DNA from: Octopus sinensis
Lineage: Eukaryota
Direction: 5' to 3'
Assembly (NCBI RefSeq): GCF_006345805.1
Contig: NC_042999.1
Span: forward strand, 88,040,001 to 88,104,000
DNA: 64,000 bases
In this document: piece after piece, positions 53,272 through 64,000 of the stretch
Layout: the number at the start of each line of letters is the position of its first letter
Numbering within the stretch: the stretch's first letter is position 1
Translations under genes and position numbers: made by a program
Notes under the pieces: model-generated
What the model was told of the DNA's origin: nothing
What the model saw: only the letters and a program-made list of their open reading frames with translations
The model's database searches: none

Positions 53272-53275
53272 GTTA

Positions 53276-53316
<41 letters not shown>
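53046..53316. repeat. (ATT)n/(ATC) microsatellite
   Basis: Direct reading. Confidence 0.98.
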
Positions 53317-53700
53317 GAGCTAGCAGAATCATTAGCTGCCGGGCTAAATGCTAAGCAACATTTAGCCCATGTATACGTGCTGGGTTCAAATTTCGCCGAG
53401 GACGACTTTGCATATCATACTTTCGGAGACAATAAAATGAGTACCAGTTGAGTACCATTCGACGAAATCGAATTAACCTCCACTCTGGAATTGCTGGCCT
53501 TGTGCCACTATTGGAAACCATTATTATTATTATTATTAAGACTGTGACATTTCAGAATCTTTAGTGCGTCAGACAATATTCTTAATGGCATTTCTTCCGG
53601 CTATTTACAATCACAATTCAACGGCGTCGACTTTACCTTTCATACTTTCGAGTTCGATAAATTAAAGTACCAGTCAAATACAAGGATCAATCTAAACAAC
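53317..53700 (+). mobile_element. Two tandem degenerate family B SINEs separated by a short (ATT)n
   Basis: gagctagcagaatc...gggttcaaatttcgccgagg; second copy with gtcgactttacctttcatactttcgagttcgataaattaaagtaccag. Confidence 0.7.
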
Positions 53701-54597
53701 TAAACCCAATCGCTTCAAAAATATTTTAACTACCTTTTATAACCAACATATGTATACATTAGAATGAAGTGTGTGAATATAAGACATTAATATTTTCAGT
53801 ATAAATCGATATGCCGAGAAATTTTAAACTTATTTGCTTTAATTTTAAACCATAATGAGATGTTTTAATAATGTACACTAGGAAACATTCAGCAGTAATT
53901 AATTTAAATCATGCCAAGCCGTACGTGAAGAATGTCAGCTATGGAACCGCTATTTCATGTTCTTTAAGAAATGAAATCTTATAAAAATTCTCTCCTTCCT
54001 ACATAGGAACATCTCGTTTTAGCATAATAACGTGTTTATTAAAAATGAACATTAGCAAACATAATATGATCTCATTTATTTTTGCAGTTGCTTTGCATTG
54101 ATGGATTGGTTTGATTTCTGCTACGTATGAAAAATAATGAAGAAATAAAAATCTAATATTTTCTATCGAAAATCAACAAGAATCATTTTATTGTTTTTGA
54201 AGTTTCTATAAATATCTATAATAGAAATGTTGAATATTTTACATAATTTCCTATTGTTTTAAAGATTAATCTAGAAAAACAGACAATTCTCAGTTAATTT
54301 GAAATTTGCAGATAGATTAGTGTGAAAATAAGACTGATAACAGTTTTATTTCATTTCTGGATTAGCAAAGCTTCTTGTAGGAAATAATTAATTTAAGTAC
54401 AGTCATTCAGTGAAAAAGGATTAGTGAATATTCAAGTAGTTGATGTAACCAGTGTGTAGAATAACAGCTAACTTCAATCATGGAAGGAAAACCATTTATG
54501 TATGATGCAGTCAGCTTCGTTCTTTTATTACACCAGTAAGGAAAATAAATATTTGAAAAGAATTTTCTGGGTACACATGCATACCTACGTACATTAT

Positions 54598-54709
<112 letters not shown>

Positions 54710-54799
54710 ATATACGTACATTATATATTTATGTATAATTTTTTTTCAGAATGAGATAAAAAAACAAGGCTGTGAAGATTTTAGAACATTTATAAATAG

Positions 54800-54846
54800 G
54801 TCTTACAGCTGTTTCAGGGATATTTTTATATCCCTTCATGATAGAG
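54800..54846 (-). ncRNA. Degenerate type I minimal hammerhead ribozyme motif
   Basis: (ctctat)CATGA-A-GGGATAT-aaaa-ATATCCC-T-GAAA-CAGCTG-TA-AGAC; the 5' core and stem I are damaged. Confidence 0.55.
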
Positions 54847-55349
54847 TAAAGATTACAAGAGTGTACCCCCCCCCATTTCTTCTATTTGGCACTCCTTCAC
54901 TCTTTACCCTACCATCTCTTTTCACACTCATATATTTCACACTCATATCTTTCTCTCACCTCCCCATTCATATCTATTTATCTTGACTGACTACTAACTG
55001 GTTCACTTTCCCTCTCTTCATCCCTTTATTATCTCTCTCCTTGCTTTTCTTTTTTCTCTTTTCTTTATTCCTCTTTTCCTGTTTTCCATTTGACCTTACA
55101 AATACATTCCCTACTTTTTGGTTACTTTATATAAAGCTTCGATTCAATAACACTTTGTACAAACTCTATACTTGGAATGACCAATTCTAAATACTATTGG
55201 AATTTACTCACAAGGTATTTGGAATATTATATGTATGGATCTACAAGTGTAATATTCCTGCATATCTCGCATCTATTTTCACTCCTCCACTTCAATCTCT
55301 ATTTCATATCTTATCTAAATTAACTATTGCTTAACCATTTTCTCAAACC

Positions 55350-55397
55350 GTCTCCGATGAAGGGATATAAAACATATCCCGGAAACAGGTGTAAGAC
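55350..55397 (+). ncRNA. Type I minimal hammerhead ribozyme motif (U4C, one stem III mismatch)
   Basis: GTCT-C-CGATGA-A-GGGATAT-aaaac-ATATCCC-G-GAAA-CAGGTG-TA-AGAC; stem I GTCT/AGAC, 7-bp stem II. Confidence 0.65.
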
Positions 55398-55644
55398 CTT
55401 CTATCTATAAATGTTCTAAAATCTTCACGAGCCTTGGTTTTTTATTTCATTCTGAATTTTGTTTTATATATACACATGCTAATAACAACATACGTTGGAC
55501 TCCTTATTCGCATAATCACCGAACCTGGAGCTTAACTATGGTCTGTCCATAGCACTTACTCAATATTACCTGACACCTTATTGACACCATTACCTCTCAT
55601 AACATATATATATATATATATATTTACAGTCGCACACACATCTA

Positions 55645-56049
55645 ATCGGCCTTTCCTCATTACATGTGGAAGCACACCGTCGGTTACGACGACGAGGGTT
55701 CCGGTTGATCCGAATCAACGGAACAGCCTGCTCGTGAAATTAACGTGTAAGTGGCTGAGCACTCCACAGACACGTGTACCCTTAACGTAGTTCTCGGGGA
55801 TATTCAGCGCGACACAGAGAGTGACAAGGCCGGCCCTTTGAAATACAGGTACAACAGAAACAGGAAGTAAGAGTGAGAGAAAGTTGTGGTGAAAGAGTAC
55901 AGCAGGGATCACCACCATCCCCTGCCGGAGCCTCGTGGAGCTTTAGGTGTTTTCGCTCAATAAACACTCACAACGCCCGGTCTGGGAATCGAAACCGCGA
56001 TCGTATGACCGCGAGTCCGCTGCCCTAACCACTGGGCCATTGCGCCTCC
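55645..56049 (-). mobile_element. tRNA(Arg)-like-derived SINE, near full length
   Basis: Minus strand ggaggcgcaatggcccagtggttagggcagcggactcgcggtc...ggtttcgattcccagaccggg followed by a ~330-bp non-tRNA body. Confidence 0.85.
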
Positions 56050-56480
56050 ACCCTCATTACATTAGGCATGTATCGAATGTCACAATGTACGACAGTTCTG
56101 ATAGACCATTCTGACACCCTATGTTTTTTAGCAATTGATCTCATTGATCTTCTTGGAGATTTTATTGACAAAGTTTTGAACACTTATAAATTCCGGTGTC
56201 CTTTTAGTGTCTGGACGTTGTGAATGAGTTTTCTCTTTGATACAGATGAAACATTACCATCGCATGCCTCCAGTTCCAATCGAACTTTGTTTACAAATGA
56301 TCTTACAACATTTAGAAAGTTGCTAATTTCTAAATCACTGTGGTTTGCATGTATAGCAATTATGACTGCATGTCTTTCTATTTCTTGAGTTAGCATGATA
56401 TCTTGAAAGGGTTATCTGAAAACAAAAATGATACATTAAATAATTTAAAGGTGTAATGAACTAAAAACGAAGTGTCCTCA
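56050..56480 (-). mobile_element. Tc1/mariner-superfamily transposase N-terminal remnant, interrupted by the SINE
   Basis: TQEIERHAVIIAIHANHSDLEISNFLNVVRSFVNKVRLELE...SKRK(fs)...RSMRSIAKKHRVSEWSIRTVVHCDIRY, a paired-like HTH pattern. Confidence 0.6.
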
Positions 56481-57901
56481 AATACCCCTCGCATCTTGTA
56501 TATATAGTGCTAATATAAAAATGCAATAAACATTGGAATATCTTCCGTCCAATCTCAGAGTTACTAACAATATATTTAATTGTCGAAAATTATGGTAAAC
56601 TACAGATAAATTCATGCACAATTGCCCGGGTGTATTATATGAAGGTCACCTCACTTGGCAGATATTCCAAGATTAAACGTAAAATTAAATCTATATTTTA
56701 ACTATTCTCAAGATACGATGCATAGAACGCAAATAATCTAGGAAGAGTTTGGTATTCAGGAGGCATAGTATTGTAGGCATAGCAGTGAGATTCTGTTCAA
56801 TAAAATATAATCTACTTGTTAAATAATTCTCTTCCTATTGCTATTTTTACTACCCAAAAGAGAGAAGTATTTATGAGATGGATAATGGCAATGGAATTAG
56901 TACATTCTAATTATATTATCTCGACTCAATGACATCTAAGCTCTAAAGAGCAAGATACAAGACTAAATATTATGAGATATACTGTAGTTGTCTGATATAT
57001 AAATATTACGTAAATTGTGTGCTTTAAGGTTAATAGTAACTTTTGAAATGTGAGTTCCCATAATGGAAGTTAAACTATCGACCAATGAATATCTATAACA
57101 ATTATATTAAAGCGGTTTATAGCTTAGCCTTTTATACGATTATCATTATGACTAGCATTCCAAATCAATGTATTGCGACGTAGCAGCTAGGGATTATTTT
57201 AGCGATTGAACCATCTTAGAAAGAAATGTCAGATGAGAGCGTACCTGCAATAAAATGGTAAGGGATGTTGTCATCTGATCGGATATTCCTCAAGCTCATC
57301 AAAATACGAACGTCTTGAAATAATTCTATTATCCGAAATATTCAGCCAAAAATTATCGGAGCTAGAGAGACACACCATTGCACTACAGTACGGAAGAATA
57401 AGTTGGTAGACTTAATTTTTGAGTTACACAGCGATTTAAAATCACTATATACTAAACAGCGAGATACAGAGAGACTGATTGATGTTCATTTACAAATAGA
57501 AAGGTAGATTGAGTAATAAGGAAAATACAAACTTCCACAAACGGCCCCACCACACACGCACACGTGCACATGCGCATGCATATATATAATATGCAGGAAG
57601 CGAACAGATGGAGGACACTGCGGCAAACATATTCTTAAAGTCTAACTAAATTATAATTGTAGACAGTTATAAGATTACAAAATTTCCATTCCTATGTTTC
57701 ATTCATGTACACTGATGATTAAATATGTGTGCGTGAATATATATACATGTATATATACATGAATGTGTGTGTATTTATATGTGTTTATATGTGCGTGTGT
57801 GACTGTTTATGTGCATGTATGTAAATGTATGATATACTCACACACATATGTATAGTGAGAGAGAGAAAGAAATTGACTGATAGGTTGAAGTTTATATGAT
57901 A

Positions 57902-58600
57902 TACAGTGGCGCCTGAAGAGGTTTACATACCCCGCCAGTATTCTGCAATGTTTGGGCAACTGATATCACATGTCACTCTAAATGCCAAACTCTTATTAAT
58001 GACAATTTGATATTTTAATACTTGAAGATTAATTCCTTCATTACTTTTATGAATAAATATATATTATTTACATGTAAACATAGAAACTCTTACTGTAGAA
58101 TACTGTTCTGCGTTAAATTTAAAATTAATGGGAGTATTTAATCAAAAAGTAGATATTCGCGATTCTCTTTCTATTTAGATTCTTTTCATGCCTATATAAC
58201 GTACTCACGTGTTACAGAGTTATTAGAGTCAATGTGAGGTCTCCTATGCACTTTCTCAAGCTGCTAGAGTTGTGTAGTAGGCTTAAACTATAATATCAAC
58301 ACTTGTCTCTTCGGTGCTTTTAGCACTGCCCATCTCGGTGAAAGAATTTCTCTACAGATCTCCGCTGTGAGGATAACTTTCTCTCTACTTGCTTCTTGTA
58401 TCATAATTTTCCTCCATATTTTACGCCCTACCATCAAAAGTGAGGAATGACGGCCTCTACCGGTCAGTTTTGATCATGTGTTTTCACATACATGATCAAG
58501 TTTGATCATGTATGTCCTCTTCTTACTACTGAAGACTCATATTTTCTCGTGCATATAAATCACCCTATTCCACGTCACCGATATTTTCAAGTGCTGCTGT
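57902..58600. mobile_element. Possible Tc1 remnant
   Basis: TA-CAGTGGCGCCTGAAGAGGTTTACATACCC resembles Tc1 termini; minus-strand GRGRH...RKI remnant at ~58300-58470. Confidence 0.35.
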
Positions 58601-59139
58601 TTTATGGCTGACATTGCATAATTCTACAGTATCATTGTTAGTATTGCTGTAAAAACGCCCAGGGTTGGAACATATACCTCAACGCATCTCACGTCATGCT
58701 TTAACAATGCTGCCAATCCGCAGCCTTGGTTTGTGACTATTGCAAAATTTGAACACTGTGATTAGAGGTAGAACAAGTACAGGAGTCTTTTCAATCCGAC
58801 ATTCTATATCTTTACACGAGGAAAGAATGCATTAAATAAAGCAGTCGTAGATATCTCTGAAAAGTCGAGGAGGTAACTGATAAAATGCCTCTAATAAATC
58901 ATAAGTCTGCTTGATCTGGAATGTCCGAGAACATAACAATAACAACAACAATATTTAAAGTATTAGGAGTGCGTTGTGAAATGTATAGTTAAGCTATGTT
59001 GTTCCTTAGTAAACTATCTGAAAATTCTAAATCACATAATTTACTTACGACTGAGTTGAGCATCATGAATAGAATCCTTTTCGTGAATGGAATATTTGAT
59101 TATTCAATTGTACTTAGAAAATTGCACTCTAATACGCTC

Positions 59140-59510
59140 TAATGTACGCACGCATGTATGTATATATGAATGTATGCATGTATGCATCTATGTATCTATG
59201 TATGTATGTGTGTGTATGTATGTATGTATGTATGTATGTATGTATGTATGTATGTATGTATGTGTGTGTGTATCTATGTATGTATGTATGTATGTATGTC
59301 TTTATATATGAATGTATGTGTGCATGTACTGCATGTATGTAAGTATGTATACATGAACATATATTTGAATGAATGATTGAATACTCCTGTGTTTGTGTTG
59401 TGTGTGTGTGTGAGTGTGTGTGTGTGTGAGTGTGTGTGTATGTGAGTGTGTGTGTGTGTGTGTATACGTGTGTGTTTATATGTACGTCTGTCTGTATGTG
59501 TGTATACACA
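59140..59510. repeat. Compound (TATG)n/(TG)n microsatellite
   Basis: Direct reading. Confidence 0.95.
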
Positions 59511-59949
59511 TACTAGCAAAAATGCAGCTTTCCTGTTAGAAATGTTGTCCGTTTAATGTAAGCTCATCAAAATGAAAGCCTATATATATATAAAAAAAAA
59601 AAAACACCAAAGCAACCTCACATAATTCTTTATTTGCATAAGTAAGATTTATGCGAAAATTTATCGAGTCCAAATCTCACTCGATATTTTGGAACTTAAG
59701 TACTACTGATATTTAGTGAATTGTTCTGTCTAAGATTTCACCTTATTAAGTTGAATGAGAACTTCAGTGGATCGTTTCTCCCATTTTCGCTGGTATCCAC
59801 AGGCATTTGTGTTCAATTTATCTTTTCTTACTCTGATCTTGTTTTATCACCTTTCCATATCAATATTGATATGTACAACTACGAAATAGACATAAATGTT
59901 TTGCCGTTCGCAAATTATAATTTGACTTTTTTATATATAAGTAAAGCAA

Positions 59950-60760
59950 AAAGCCATTGAATGTTAGGGATTCTGAAGGAGATATTAAGACGAAATGAAT
60001 AAATCTGCTTGAAAGAAATTACGCCATAAGAAAGAGAAAGTCGATGAAATGGAAGAGAGTTCCGGAGTCTGGCAGTTCGAGGAAAACTAGCTACGACAAT
60101 AGAAATACTTCCTTATTCGTAGACGCACAGCAGAGCTGGATGAAAACGTAGTGAGTTCCGAGTCAGATGAGATGGAACAAAATAATCTGGAGCTAAGAAA
60201 GAAAGTTCATCATTGCGCTTCTTATGACAATAACGATAGAAAAGATAAAGACTGGCGGCGTCGCGTTAATATGACAAGGGTTTCAGGGTTGAAAACTGTT
60301 TTAAATAAATTCGGTTGGTACATGATATAAAAGAACTTATTTTCTTGAAATATGGACTTCAGGATTCCGATTCTCACTTCAGGTTCCATAGATTGCATCT
60401 GGAGGGATATGATTTTATTAATTACAAAACTGCTACTCACAAGATTCTTATCCTAAACCAACATAAAGTGTGGTTTAGTGCCAAAGCACATGTAAAAGTT
60501 TAAAAAGCGCTGAATTGTCAGTTATTCTCGCTGCTTGTCGTCCAATCTCTGAATAGGTTTAATATAATTATCAACAATATCCAGCTTGTTTATTCTCTAT
60601 ACGTCTACTTACTTTGCATTTTGTTTATCGCAAGAACTAAAGGTCTTACAGGACGGATCAAATTAGCGCACCATGTTAGTGGACCACAGTCGCAAAGAAA
60701 CCATTCTGGGGTTACTCTGATTCGAAATATACCCTATTAGGAGCATTAGATCTCTGACCG
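59950..60760 (-). mobile_element. Decayed CR1/L2/Jockey-group LINE 3' region
   Basis: FPRTARLRNSLP (cf. FFPRTxxLWNSLP) at ~60055-60090; weak RT remnants upstream. Confidence 0.5.
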
Positions 60761-60800
60761 GATAAATTTATAACCAGATAAAGTATGTATGTACGTATGT

Positions 60801-60976
60801 CATTATTCAGTTTATTTGAAAAGTTCTCGTCAATAGAGAAAGAACCCCTTTCTAACCTAAATCCAAGGCTCCTTCATTGTAATTTCAACATCAACAACAG
60901 GGTATTTTGTATGTAAGTATGTAGGTATGTATGTATGTTTTATATATGTATTCTCATGCATATAGAGAGAGTAACT
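60801..60976 (-). mobile_element. Short 3'UTR-only copy of the RLE LINE family seen at 8750-9275, between (TATG)n tracts
   Basis: Shared motif ttttat..atgtattctca.gcatatag (8757-8775 vs 60938-60965); (TATG)n at 60783-60800 and 60977-61041. Confidence 0.65.
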
Positions 60977-61058
60977 GTATGTATGTATGTATGTATGTAT
61001 GTATGTATGTATGTATGTATGTATGTATGTATGTATGTATGCATGCATGCATGTATGT

Positions 61059-61350
61059 GAAGGCGCGTGGATTAATATTTAGTATATGCGCTTAACGATC
61101 GTAAGGACGTTAGCTAGATTCCAGGCGACATATTGTTTTATTTCATATTGCCCTAATCCACGTAAACGCAATTCAAAAAGGGCCACCTTTGTCACATTCG
61201 CTGTATCACGCTGAATCTACGTGAGAACTAGGTTAAGGGTACGCCTATTTGTGGAGTGCTCAGTCACTTGCACGTTAATTACACGAGCATACAGTTCCAG
61301 TGATCGAATCATCTGGAACAACCGCCGTCGTAACCGATAGATTACCCAGC
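61059..61350 (+). mobile_element. Degenerate tRNA-derived SINE related to 55645-56049
   Basis: gaaggcgcgtgg head; gctgaatctacgtgagaactaggttaagggtac...gtggagtgctcagtcacttgcacgttaatt body. Confidence 0.7.
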
Positions 61351-61354
61351 CATG

Positions 61355-61389
<35 letters not shown>

Positions 61390-61499
61390 ATAATATATAA
61401 TATATACATATATTTATATATAAATATGTACACATACTCACGCACACACACACAGACACACACACAGACACACACAGACACACACACACACACACACAC

Positions 61500-61556
<57 letters not shown>

Positions 61557-62358
61557 GTATATTCAAGTACGCAGGTGTGTATGGGTGTCTGTGAAAAACA
61601 AGTGTATACCATACATATTCTATACAAAAGATGTTATACAATCATAATCAAAATATAATTAGCGAAGGAAAAAATATATTCCAAGATTGTTCTTTTGTGC
61701 TTCGCTAATTATATTTTCGGTTAATACATCGTATGTTAATGACTTCATTGCTATAATGTCATAGGTACGTGTTTATTCTTTTGTATTTTTATTATACCTT
61801 CGCGCTACACAATTATTATTAGCCAGCTCTTGTTCTGCGCAATTATTTTTAACTCTGATTAGGAACTTAGATATTAACAGTTTTCGATCTACCAAGCACT
61901 GATCCGGTGTTCATCTTGATTCGCTTGTACTAGGACTTCTCACCTATTGTAGACATATATATATATATATATATATATAGGGATGGTGGATGGTGTGGGT
62001 GAGGTTGCGGACAGAAATTTACATTTATTAGTATAGCTTTTATGCATGCATACATGCATGCAAGTATGTATGCATGTATGTATGTATGTATATATATATG
62101 TATGTATGTATGTATGTATGCATGTATGAAAGGTTTTAGTTGAACAAATCGCCCCTTCCTCCCCCACCGAATCCTAGTACTCTTTCTATCGGCACTTTTG
62201 CCGAACCGCTATGTTAATCGGACGTAAACACACTAACAGCGGTTGTCAAGCGGTGGAGAGGGCAAGCACAGACACCAAAAACACCAACATATAGATATAT
62301 ACACACATACACATGCACACACGTACACATACACACACACATACTTTATATATATCTG

Positions 62359-62419
<61 letters not shown>

Positions 62420-62973
62420 CAAATAAGTAACAATGATGTCCAGGTATCAGTGCATTACGGCCGTGTCAAGCGGCTCCATTTAATCGATCAATGAAAACAT
62501 TTATATCAATTTGAAATAAACCGCTCTCCTCAGAGCACCAATCATATAGATTTCCAACATAATGAATAAACCATTTTTTAGCGCAACTTACATCTGTACT
62601 AGCAACCAAAATAATTACATTATTATTCCTTGCTATTTCATTGGCAGAATGAATTTAGTAAATACTGCATACATACAGTCTACTATGATTCAGAATAGCA
62701 TAGTGGAATAGTGGAAGTCAAGAATGAGCGAAAGAGAGATAGTTAAATTTTCAGTCTCCATTATTACATTACTAAGATTATTTGCAGCATATTGTCTCCA
62801 GCTCTTAAGAATTAAATCCTTTGGGAGTTGACAGTTAGGTTCCTGCTAGCGGTGATAAATTAATCAAATGTCAGATTGCTAGTAAGAGAATGACAAGGAA
62901 AGGGAGGCGATAACTAGAGTGAGAAAGGAAGGGGTGGTTTAATCTATTTGATTATCAAATAAAAGGGGCATAA

Positions 62974-63132
62974 GGTGCAGGAGTGGCTGTGTGGTAAGTA
63001 GCTTGCTTACCAACCACATGGTTCTGGGTTCAGTCCCACTGCGTGACACCTTGGACAAGTGCCTTCTACTATAGAAGGCCAAAGCCTTCTGAGTGGATGT
63101 AGTAGACAGAAACTGGAAGAAGCCTGTTGTAT

Positions 63133-63206
<74 letters not shown>

Positions 63207-63410
63207 ACATTTGTGTGTCTGTGTTTTTCCCCCAACATTGCTTGACAACTGATGCTGGTGTGTTTACTTCCCCGTCACTTAGCGGTTCGGCAAGAGAGAC
63301 CAATAGAATAAGTACTAGGCTTACAAAGAATAATCCCTGGAGTCGATTTGCTCGACTAAAGGCGGTGCTCCAGCATGTCCGCAGTCAAATGACTGAAACA
63401 AATAAAAGAG
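62974..63410 (+). mobile_element. Family A SINE, full length, with internal (TA)n
   Basis: ggtgcaggagtggctgtgtggtaag...ttagcggttcggcaagagagacc...ggcggtgctccagcatgtccgcagtcaaatgactgaaaca. Confidence 0.92.
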
Positions 63411-63859
63411 TAAAAAGAAAGAAAGAATAAGGTTGAAAACAAAAAGAGGTCAAAAGCCTTAAGGGTAGTTGTTAAAACTGAGGGTAACGAAACATATCTT
63501 AACTACGAAATTAAGTCAAAATTAAAATTAAGTGAAAAATTTAGAAGGTATTTTAGAAGCATATAGAGGAAAAAGGATAAATGAATAAACTTATATCCTA
63601 AAAATGGGGCACTTTAATATATAAGAGAAAGTTAATAAGGCTTCTCCTAAGTATAATACTAAGGTGGTCATGTTAAAACCATTCAAAAATGAATTTATAA
63701 TTGAATTAAATGTCATATAAGTAGGAGTACATAGTTTATTTTAAACCACGACCAGAATTTAGAGTTCAAACGATGAATGAAATAATCCCATATTGTGTAA
63801 AGTTATTAAAAAACACTTGAAGGTATAACATATCACTTATATCTTTATCTTTCTTCTTT

Positions 63860-64000
63860 TGCCTTTTACTTGTTTCAGTCATTTGACTGCGGCCATGCTG
63901 GAGCACCGCCTTTAGTCGAGCAAATCGACCCCGGGACTTATTCTTTGTAAGCCCAGTACTTATTTTATCGGTCTCTTTTGCCGAACCGCTAGGTGACGGG
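63860..64000 (-). mobile_element. Family A SINE 3' part, continuing off the window
   Basis: tttcagtcatttgactgcggccatgctggagcaccgcctttagtcgagcaaatcgacccc...ttttgccgaaccgc. Confidence 0.92.

Larger units (their letters stand above)
54745..55456. mobile_element. Penelope-like remnant with inverted pLTR ends
   Basis: 54745-54846 is an imperfect reverse complement of 55350-55456; both carry a hammerhead-like motif; the interior is CT-rich. Confidence 0.7.

Noticed and set aside
59043-59110. Minus-strand splice donor with a Sec13-like peptide HEKDSIHDAQL
   Set aside because: In-frame stop just upstream and no usable acceptor; likely chance.

Overview
AT-rich, repeat-saturated animal genomic DNA. 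The SINE families and dense (TA)n/(ATT)n/(CATA)n microsatellites look like an octopod cephalopod genome (inference from recalled repeat consensus). No intact host protein-coding gene is supported, and most ORF-track entries are microsatellite artefacts. The window holds decayed LINEs (two RLE-type families, CR1-like, RTE, Penelope-like), three mariner copies (one young, with perfect 37-bp TIRs), Tigger/Tc1 remnants, many SINEs and a probable class A GPCR pseudogene. The standout is a ~3.3-kb island at ~35.2-38.5 kb of decayed bacterial DNA that looks Mollicutes-derived. It carries a collinear rplR-rpsE-rplO-secY piece of the spc operon with no rpmD, plus ~100-bp shards of rpsK, mnmG and a Ser/Thr kinase. 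After decay began it gained a host foldback MITE and a recent 374-bp inverted copy of rpsE inserted cleanly into rplO, which creates a near-perfect long hairpin. Other notable items are two perfect foldback inversions abutting (TA)n, an inverted pair of Penelope-type hammerhead ribozyme motifs, and microsatellite-targeting RLE LINEs, into (TAA)n and apparently (CATA)n.
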